A DNA stretch of 62,043 nt, the filler included, from Catajapyx aquilonaris (Eukaryota), in assembly GCA_000934665.2 (NCBI GenBank). It is 4 parts of 4 records of this genome, joined end to end, with 100 filler letters (N's around TTAATTAATTAA, not from the genome) between each part and the next. Parts side by side here need not be neighbours in the genome. Positions count along the whole stretch, not along the records: positions 46,637 to 62,043 come from KZ539695.1; 3 more parts are not named here. The stretch is one strand, 5' to 3'. The position numbers and the translations under genes were made by a program. Positions 53,426 to 62,043 of the stretch are shown here, piece after piece; within the stretch, counting starts at the first letter, position 1, and every line of letters starts with the position of its first letter. The notes below the pieces were generated by a model. The model saw only the letters and a program-made list of their open reading frames with translations, had not been told where the DNA came from and ran no database searches.

Positions 53426-53726
53426 GGAGTTAGAAATGGATTCAAAGTTGGTAATTGAAATGGAAGGAAAGAAAACAAGAATTGCTAACATAAAATTAAA
53501 TCACTTGGGCAAAGAAGAGGCAGGCAGAGAGAAGTACAAGGATTTCACGTTTGACCACTCCTACTGGTCTACTGTTGAAAATGACCCAAGATGTGCGTCT
53601 CAGGAGCAGGTGTTCAATGACCTGGGAACGGATGTTGTTAAGAGTGCTTTTGATGGTTACAATGCCTGTGTTTTTGCATACGGGCAGACCGGCAGTGGGA
53701 AGACATACACCATGATGGGCTCATCT
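53426..53726 (+). CDS. KIF16B: KIF16B coding exon 2 (motor domain, P-loop GQTGSGKT)
   Basis: [46 protein letters not shown] sites in consistent phase. Confidence 0.95.
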
Positions 53727-53832
53727 GTAAGTATGATTAGGAAATGTGTTTCCCACTGGTCAAGAGAATGATTCAATTTGAAACTTGACTGAATTTAAAC
53801 TTATACTTATATAGGTGTTACGTTAATTTCAG

Positions 53833-53865
53833 GAGTCCCTGGGATTGATTCCAAGGATCTGTAAA
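53833..53865 (+). CDS. KIF16B: KIF16B coding exon 3 (33-nt, ESLGLIPRICK)
   Basis: TTTCAG acceptor, GTGAGT donor, conserved GLIPRIC motif. Confidence 0.92.
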
Positions 53866-54693
53866 GTGAGTATCACCTTGCAGAAGGATTATGCAAGTTC
53901 GAAAAGTGTTTGCTATGCGTAATGCCTACAGTTTGGTCCAGTGGAATTCAGGTTGCATTCTCTTGTTGGTGAGCTATGTAAACATGCTACCAATTTTATC
54001 TGTGCAGGAATAAGTAATTTGCTCTCCTAATTCCTTTTTTTTATGCCAGTCGTACTATGTAACAAATGATGTTCATATTGATTCGAGTCAAGCAAATCTT
54101 TAAAAATCAGAATGTATAAGACAATATGTCACAACATAAGGTTTGCAAGGAAGTGGATTTCTAGAGGAGTGCAGTAAATCCTGTGCATAGCATGCCAGAT
54201 AGCCTTAGTTGCTTTGGCTTCCCCATATGAACCAACCTGTCTGTAGCAAGTTGCTCTGTTCCATGAAAATTATATGTACTAGATCGGGTAGACTAAAATC
54301 TGCTGGGCACAAGATTTTTTATTTTTATTTTTTATAATAATTTCCAATGACATCCAGACTCCTCTCTAGACAAGTTTCACAGCATTTGGGATCGTGATTA
54401 CTGATTAGCAATGATTTTGTATTTAACTGAAACATTTGGGAATTTCAAATTCTCAATGTATTCAGTGGTTTGACAGGAAAGTAGCATTGCACATGCCATT
54501 TTGCATCAGTCCATTAAATAGAGATTTAGGTAGTTTTAACGAGTAAATCATGAAGTACTTGAAGAGTGGTCAGTTGCTGATGCTGATTGCATGCAATGTA
54601 CCATGTGATTCCTACACCATGGAAAATATTGGAATAAGGAACAGGGAATGCAAGCCAGAAGTCTGCTTGGACATCAGATTTCTATGAATTCTA

Positions 54694-55845
54694 TGAGGGC
54701 GGATCAATAAGTAACACAATAAATTTAATTTAGGCAAAGTTTAATAGATAGACAAAACTTAAGATATACATAGCGACCTCCCAATCCTTTGGCTATTTTT
54801 CAACATATGAACAATTTCTGTTGATGCATTTGTCCCACTGTGGTACATAGTTAAAGATGCCATGTTTTTAGAGCTCCGTTTTTTGCCATAAGGCCTTTTT
54901 TTCAAGGGGGCAAAGAGACGAAAGTCGCTCAGTTTATGGTCAGGTCCATGGTCAGGTCTGTACACATCTGCATGAGGGCGCCCCTAAGTGCATCAAAAGA
55001 GAACGAGCCAGAAAAGATGGCGACTGTGTTGACACAGCCCCCCGTCACTCCCTATACTAGTACACTGCTACCCCCGTGAGCTTAGCAAATCTCCCCCATC
55101 GAGGGGGGTTGGCCACGGTCGGCACTAGAGTCAATGGCGCCTTACCTAGCAAGGCAATTCTGAACCTTTTTGGTCGACTCCGATTGGCTGGAGGTAGTAT
55201 ATTGGTTAAAAAGAGCCATGGAGTAGCACAGGACCCCTTTTAAAACTCCAGCCAATCGGAGTCGACTAATTGCCCCGTTAGGTAAGGCGCGGTGCCTTAC
55301 CTAACGGGGCAATTAGTCGACTCCGATTGGCTGGATTGCATTGGCACTTGACTCGAGCGCCGAACGTGGCCAACCCCCCTTGGTGGGGGAGATCAGGTAA
55401 GCTCACACGAAAAGAGGGAGAGTGACGGAGGGCTGTGTTGGCATCTCCCACCCTTATTGAGCATTAAGCTGCTGTGCTTTTTTGTGGGCGCAAGGCAAAA
55501 CTCCCACCCAAATTCACAAGGACATGACAGAAGTGTATGGGAACACATGCCTGGACCGTAGCAACATTTCAAGATGGTGTAAGCTGTTTTATGAGGACCA
55601 AGAAGACATTACTGATCAGCATTATTGTCCTGGACGCCCTGTGAAAAAGGCCATGACAAAAAACGGAGCTATAAAAACATGGCACCTTTAGCGATGTACC
55701 ACAGTGGGACAAATGCAACAGAAACGGTTCATATGTTGAAAAATTTCCAAAGGTTCTTCATTGCTGTCACCTATAATACATTTGTTCTTGACATTAAACT
55801 TGGCTTGAAAAAAATTATTGTGCGTTACTTATTGATTTGCTCTCG
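54694..55845 (+). mobile_element. Internally deleted, rearranged mariner element in a KIF16B intron
   Basis: TA-flanked TIRs; N-terminal HTH remnant FLWAQGKTPTQIHKDMTEVYG...ISRWC...PGRP; C-terminal remnant (QWDKCINRNCSYVEK) on both arms in inverted orientation. Confidence 0.88.
55032..55438. mobile_element. GC-rich palindromic MITE inserted in the mariner ORF
   Basis: Termini ACACAGCCC.CCGTCACTC / GAGTGACGG.GGGCTGTGT; removing it restores ATGGCGACTGTGTTGGCATCT (MATVLAS). Confidence 0.8.
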
Positions 55846-55930
55846 TAGAAGGACAGTCATTTCTAAAACTTTGGAGTCACTTTGTAGGTGAAACCTTGTA
55901 ACTTTGTGAATAATGTTGAATTTTTTGCAG

Positions 55931-56137
55931 GCACTATTTGCTAGGATGAAGAGTGGTAACAATGAGAAAACAACTTATAGGACTGAAGTCAGCTACTTGG
56001 AGATATACAATGAAAAAGTTCGTGACCTGCTTAAGGGAAATCACACTCACAGTCTCAGAGTTCGGGAGCACATGACTCAGGGCCCATACGTGGAGAATTT
56101 GTCGAAACATTTGGTCATGGATTATGCAGATATTGAG
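55931..56137 (+). CDS. KIF16B: KIF16B coding exon 4
   Basis: RTEVSYLEIYNEKVRDLL...LRVREH...GPYVENLSKHLV; canonical splice sites. Confidence 0.95.
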
Positions 56138-56245
56138 GTAATAAGTTATGTGATAACGGCAAGAATAAATGCTTTGCTTAATGATCTGGACAGTGACACA
56201 GATATATCTTAATGCACTGTCTAAGACCTGAAATATTTCATTCAG

Positions 56246-56415
56246 GAATTGATGACCAGGGGCAACAACCTGCGTACAACTGCAAGTACACGCATGAACA
56301 ATGTGAGCAGCAGAAGTCATGCCATATTTACAGTTGTATTTGTTCAAGCAACATTTGCTGGAAATATGCCACGGGAGACAGTGTCAAAGGTACACTTAGT
56401 GGATCTGGCTGGCAG
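56246..56415 (+). CDS. KIF16B: KIF16B coding exon 5 (switch I SSRSH, switch II DLAG)
   Basis: [28 protein letters not shown]...[15 protein letters not shown] acceptor, GTGAGA donor. Confidence 0.95.
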
Positions 56416-57074
56416 GTGAGAGCAGTATAATTAATATTTGTAGCCAGATAAAAAGTTGTGACAACAGTGCTTAGTCAGCATAAACATGCAGCATTGAAAT
56501 CAAAGTTGTAACAGTTGGCAAGTAGTATTGGATGGGAGTCTATCCATCAGTTTCCCCCAGCATGGTATTAGAACTTGTGTGCACAAAAGAGTTATAGTTA
56601 TTCTCTAAAAAAAACCTTAAAGTTGCATGCTAATATTCTTTAAAAAGTCTACAACATATCACCTGAAATATTTTCTAAAATGACACAACCTGCAGGGTAT
56701 AAGAACATATTGCTGCAATAATAATGTCTCTGAAGGCCTATGTTAGTGAATCGCTGATGTCAACAAAGGTATTTATTTTGGTGACATTCTTGGATAATAA
56801 TCTCTTTTTTTCAATCAAGCATATGGTCAATCAAGTATATGGTCAGTGAAATCTGAGAATACAATAATTCATGGAATTTGGTAATTTTGAGAGTTACAAG
56901 AACTTCATTTTTTAAGCAGCAAAAGAATGACTTAAAATGCACTGTCATTTATGTTTTGCTTTGGAGACAGATATTGGTGATAATTTTTTCTGTACTTGCT
57001 CCTACTTTAAAATAGGACAGCAACCAGCGAAACCCAGCTTGAAGGCAGGTGAACATTCCTTGCATTATCTAGGC

Positions 57075-57416
57075 CAGTGGTTACCAAACTTTTTGAGTTG
57101 CTGAGCAGTTTTCAGGAGAGAAATTTGTAATTTAGCTTTATTGTCACACCTATGCCGAAGGCATGTAGGTGAATTTTTGGCTGTTTTTACCTAACAGTAT
57201 TTTTCAAGTTGATAGTCAATAATTTATTGTATAGCAAAAGCAGGAATTATTTTTTAAATTCTATATAGCTTTAATTTAGATCTAAAGTTAATATTTACCA
57301 TCGAAAGTCATTAAAAATGGGAATTTTAAATATTGTTTTCTCAAAACATCAATATTTTTCCAATCACTTCCCAGAGCACTTGCAGATGCTGGCAGAGCAC
57401 AGTTTGTGAACCACTG
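57075..57416. mobile_element. hAT (Charlie-type) MITE
   Basis: TIR CAGTGGTT..CAAACT; 8-bp TSD ATCTAGGC/ATCTAAGC. Confidence 0.8.
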
Positions 57417-58183
57417 ATCTAAGCATTGGGGTGGCTTTGTCTTGATATGAAAAGTCATATGATCTACAAATGATTTAAAATTCAAGGTAAGGCTGGATAT
57501 GTTCACCTGCCTCCAAGCCAAGATTTCTGTCACTTCGGCTATGAGGAGTCATGAACTACAAGTGGAAAAAAATTTGAATTCCTGCCTTCAGGTTGAAATG
57601 TGAATAATTGTAATATACAGTTCTATGCTGTACAGAACTGGAAAAACTGCTTTTGACCCATGCAAGCAGCACCAAGTGGCCAGGCAAGCAGTTACAGGTG
57701 GAAGCACACATGAATTGCACATGCTTCCATGTGTGCACATATTGGTTCTACTTACTAGAGTACAAGGCAGTTTTTTTCCCCCGTAGTGTATCATTTGTCT
57801 AAAAAATACTAGTTGCCTCCTGAAATCCTGGCCATTCCAGCATTGGATGCAGATGATGCTTGTTTTTCTGAAAAGTTATCATTCAAGCACTACTGCTGCT
57901 GCCACTGCTTTCTTCCAGGCTTTGACAACAGCTCTTATTTCTAGGCCTTTGTGCTACCATGACTTATCTTGGAGTGTTGCTCTAACTGTGTGAAAGCATA
58001 TCTTATAGACCAACATGTATGTAATGACCCTGCTGCAGAGTGTTTTAATGCCGAGCTGCAAGAAGCACATGGTTAGACTCATTTCTAGCAGTACTTCCCA
58101 GCTGCATGAGTTATTGGGACTTGTGTAATTTGAGAATACAAATGTTTCATTGCAAGGACTAAAGAATTTTTAAACAAGGAGTG

Positions 58184-58284
58184 GAATTTTCGTCATACTA
58201 CTAGTTACTTTTAACTTAGCAGTACCAATGTAATGCAATGGTACTGCGAAGTTAAAAGTAACTAGTAGTACTACGAAAATTTCA
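58184..58284. repeat. ~100-nt intronic hairpin, related to 60004-60078
   Basis: ACTACTAGTTACTTTTAACTT.GCAGTACCA / TGGTACTGC.AAGTTAAAAGTAACTAGTAGT. Confidence 0.8.
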
Positions 58285-58332
58285 CCCAATATATAAATGA
58301 GATTTAAACACAATATTTTTGGTTGATTTCAG

Positions 58333-58550
58333 TGAAAGGGCAGAATCATCCTTAGCCACAGGACAACGATTGAAGGAAGGAAGTCACATTAACAGATCCC
58401 TGGTCACTTTGGGATCAGTTATTTCAGCACTGGCAGAACTATCATCATCAAAGATTAAGAAGCAGGTTTTTATTCCATACCGTGATTCTGTTTTGACTTG
58501 GCTTCTGAAGGACAGTTTAGGTGGGAACTCGAAGACTATCATGATTGCAG
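58333..58550 (+). CDS. KIF16B: KIF16B coding exon 6
   Basis: ERA...[16 protein letters not shown]...[27 protein letters not shown]. Confidence 0.95.
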
Positions 58551-58631
58551 GTATACTGATATATTATGTCATTATTGTCTTATATTTGGCCAACTGCATA
58601 GTCTCAAAATAAATTTGCTCATTCCCATCAG

Positions 58632-58810
58632 CTATATCTCCTGCTGACTGCAGCTATGGTGAAACAATGAGCACCTTGAGGTATGCAAATCGTGCCAAAA
58701 ACATAATCAACAAACCAACAGTGAATGAGGATGCAAATGTGAAGCTTATTCGTGAGTTGCGGGCTGAGATTAACAAGCTGAAGTCCATGCTTGGAACTGG
58801 AGGTGGTGAT
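58632..58810 (+). CDS. KIF16B: KIF16B coding exon 7 (end of motor, neck)
   Basis: [52 protein letters not shown] donor. Confidence 0.95.
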
Positions 58811-59014
58811 GTAAGTTGATTATTATGCCCTTTAATTCTCATGATTGAGGAATTGGACAATTAAACTAGGCTTTAAATATCTCCAACCTAAATATTTGTG
58901 TGAAAAATTGGAGGAAAGTAACTTCTCCAAATTTCAATGCATGCAGATGTACAGTACAGATATGTGGTCCTTTGCATATGGGAAGTCAGATATGAAAGAA
59001 GGTATCACTGTATA

Positions 59015-60605
59015 TAGGGTGTTCGAAAATTCTGTGTACTGATTTTAAACGGACATAGAGAACACCAAGACAAGCTTTTTTTGGCAATGCATGTACTGTT
59101 TGTATGCTGATGTCATCTTTTGGTGCTAGAGCTAGGGTACTGACGGATGTCGGTGGAGTTAGTACATAAATTAATGTAAAAGGAGTGAACAGCATGATTA
59201 TTTGAAGAAGGTGTTCAAAGATGTGACCAGCAGTAGCATTTCATGCATGACTGCATCGAAGCATTGATTACTTCACATTTTCAAAGGTTCCCAGCGTTTC
59301 ATGAACAGTTGTAGTGGCAACAGCTATTCTTGTTACAAGGGCTTATTCTGAGTCAATGGGAGTCTTCATGTGTCCCCAGATGAAACAATCATGACTGGTC
59401 AAATCAGGTGATCTTGTAATCAGGCAATGGGCCCACCCTGTCCCCACGAGTCCCCAAATGGGGCATTCAGATCACGAAATGCCATGAATCTTTGAACATC
59501 TTCACAATGAATGCTTCAAAGCTGCCATACTGTTGCTGGTTGCATCTTTGAACACCTTTGAATAAACATGTTGTTCACACTTATTTTCATTCATTTATGT
59601 ATGTACCAGCTCCAAAATACTGGGGTTGGACAGAATAATAGGGCCCCCTGCAAAAAGCTGTTGAAACTTCGTATCTGTTTTATTCGAAACGGGAAAAGGT
59701 ACAAAGATGACTTTTACCTAGTTTTGAAGCTCTATCGATGTACATTTGTCGAAGTATGCAGATGATGCAAAAATCATGAGAAGGGGGAGAGAAACAAAAG
59801 ACGAACGATGCCCCCCCCCCCCCCNCCGGCCCAATTTTTGACCAGAGTTTCCCACCCTTTTCATCTGAAAATGAAAACATTTACAGATATGAACTTTACT
59901 GGGTTTTGAAGCTCTATCGATGTTACTTTGTGTGGTACAGAGATGGACCAAAATTACCGACAAAATGCAGTAATGTATAGTAAGTTTGGGTCGAATTTTC
60001 GTTCCACTGCTAGTTACTACTAACTTACCAGTACCACATTTGGCACTGGTACTGCCAAGTTAGAATTAACTAGCAGTGGGGCAAAATTTTTCCATTGTTT
60101 GCATTCAAGCAATGCTGGGGAAGTTTTTATTTTTTTCCCATCCCTCTGTCGGTATTTTGGTCCATCTCTATACGGCACAAAGTGACATCGATAGAGCTTC
60201 AAAACCCAGTAAAGTTCATATATGTAACTGTTTTCGTTTTCAAATGAAAAGGGTGGGAAACTGGTCAAAAATGGGGTCTGGGGGGATATCGTTCGTCTTT
60301 TGTTTCTCTCCCCTTCTCGTGATTTTTGCGTTCTCTGCATACCTCGAAAAATGTAGGCCTACATTGACACAGTGTCCAAACTAGGTAAAAGTCATCTTTG
60401 TAACCTTTCCAGTTTTCAAATCAAACAGACACGAAATTTCAACCGCTTTTTGGAGGGGGCCCCTATTATTCTGTCCAACCCCTGTATGTCAGTGCCATCT
60501 AGCATTGAAGGATCACATCATAGGACACACATTCATTGATGAAAGCTACGTTTGTCTTGATGTTCCCTATATCCCCCTATTTATACACAGTTTTTCAACA
60601 CCCTG
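59015..60605 (-). mobile_element. Decayed maT/rosa-like element hosting a nested MITE
   Basis: Ends TAGGGTGTTCGAAAA / TTTTCAACACCCTG; minus-strand remnant RSPDLTSHDCFIWG near 59375-59415. Confidence 0.65.
59620..60484. mobile_element. Tc1-type MITE with long inverted arms
   Basis: TA-C(T/A)GGGGTTGGACAGAATAATAGGG TIRs; arms of about 340 bp. Confidence 0.88.
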
Positions 60606-60918
60606 CATAAAGAGTGGTGCATTGCCAAACTTCTCAGTTTAACAGATGGTAGGGGGAAAAGCTAAGATGAATTGTTTACCAAGCAGCCAGTTTAACCAGA
60701 AGCAAGTCAAGCAACCATTTGAAGGAAACATTCAAGGATACCCTTCAATCATTGTTTAGTATAGGAAATGGCTGCACAGTAAGGATATGATCATGTGTAT
60801 CTAAGCAAGAAAAAGAAGAATATGTTGGTACTGTATTAATAAAGTAATATGGTAAAGCTGTAATTGTATAGGAAAAAAACTCTACAGTGTGGCTCTAGAC
60901 GTGTATTCATTATTTCAG

Positions 60919-61345
60919 AACTGCCAGATAGAACCACAGATGCTGGAACAACTGCAGCGCAAGGAAGCCCAAGAAAAGGTGCTGACTGAAGAGTGGACTG
61001 AACGTTGGCGGGAGACCCAAAAGATTCTCTTTGAACAACGAACTCTGGCTCTAAGAAAAGCAGGTCAGGGTGTAGTCCTGGATTCAGACAGGCCCCACCT
61101 CTTGGCTATAGATGATGATCCCCTGTCCACTGGTATAACCCTGTATCACCTGAGGGAAGGAGAGACTACTATTGGTTCAGAAGATATAGAGCCTAAGAAA
61201 GATATTGTGCTTGTGGGACCTAATGTGGAGGCCAACCATTGTACCATCCACTTTGAGTCTGGTGTTGCCACCTTGGTGCCACATGAAAAGGCATCGTGTT
61301 GGGTTAATGGTGTTCCAGTGGATAAGCCAACCAGGCTGTCTCAAG
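60919..61345 (+). CDS. KIF16B: KIF16B coding exon 8 (coiled coil and FHA domain); the gene continues beyond the window
   Basis: LTEEWTERWRETQKIL..LALRK.G.GVVLDS..PHL.AIDDD.LSTGITLYHLREG...CWVNG; TTTCAG acceptor, GTTAGT donor. Confidence 0.95.
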
Positions 61346-61977
61346 GTTAGTATACTGTATAATTCTATTTTTATCATGTATATTGTATAGTAATGTATAA
61401 TTATGTTAGGCTCAAACCCCGAAAACGACCATTGGGCAAAAAAAACGTCCACACTGCAGAATTCTCTATGCCAAACCATCCATTCCGCAGAATGGATGGG
61501 CATTCTGCAGTCTGGACGTTTTAAACTGTCCATTCTGCAGAATACACATTTTCAAACCATCCATTCTGCGGAATGGACGTTTTAATGAAGCAGCCAGACC
61601 CCGAAATGCTCTTTTAAAAATGCCAGAACGCTTTCCTGGGCTAAACTTAAACGTCAGGACACCAATTTCGTGTCGGGATGGCTGGTTTAGAAGACACCCA
61701 TAACTCGTGGTGGCCCAGTAGATGCATAGTAGTATGTAAATGCTGGAAATAAATCACCCTATTGTTGTTTGGCAAATGGTTGAACTGGTTAAATTTGATG
61801 ATGCTGTTTATTTTCCAGGACGGAACTATTACCTCCAAATATTTATTGCCATTATTATTAGTAGGCCTACATCTCTTCCTAGAATTGTGTTACCTCTAAA
61901 TATTCATTACCATTATTACAAGTACATCTTCCAGGCACTGTTATCCTTCAATTATTAGTCCATTATTTTGTTCTTGA

Positions 61978-62043
61978 GGGAGGTGAAGTGGCGCAGTGGT
62001 AACACTCGCACCCATGGATATTAAGGTCCCGGGTTCGATCCCC
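61978..62043 (+). mobile_element. SINE family A head, truncated by the window end
   Basis: GGGAGGTGAAGTGGCGCAGTGGTAAC...GGTCCCGGGTTCGATCCCC. Confidence 0.85.

Overview
Eukaryotic (metazoan, probably arthropod-like) genomic DNA with spliceosomal introns, tRNA-derived SINEs and many DNA-transposon MITEs; there are no prokaryotic features or CRISPR. Three identical 100-nt spacers (44 N + TTAATTAATTAA + 44 N) split the window into four ~15.4-kb segments (1-15428, 15529-30957, 31058-46536, 46637-62043) that may not be neighbours in the genome. Supported genes: (i) a three-exon, 87-aa secreted prepropeptide gene (minus strand, 14042-14857) that the ORF track misses; (ii) the last coding exon of BCKDK; (iii) a SANT/Myb-like exon, possibly SNAPC2-like; (iv) the first eight coding exons of a KIF16B/Klp98A-type kinesin-3. 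The rest is mostly mobile DNA: about 12 SINE copies built from shuffled modules whose 3' ends share a nested stem-loop, plus Tc1/mariner, pogo/Tc2, hAT and piggyBac non-autonomous elements, several nested or folded back. The best novelty candidates are the prepropeptide gene and the modular SINE system. All calls are by eye; no database searches were run.
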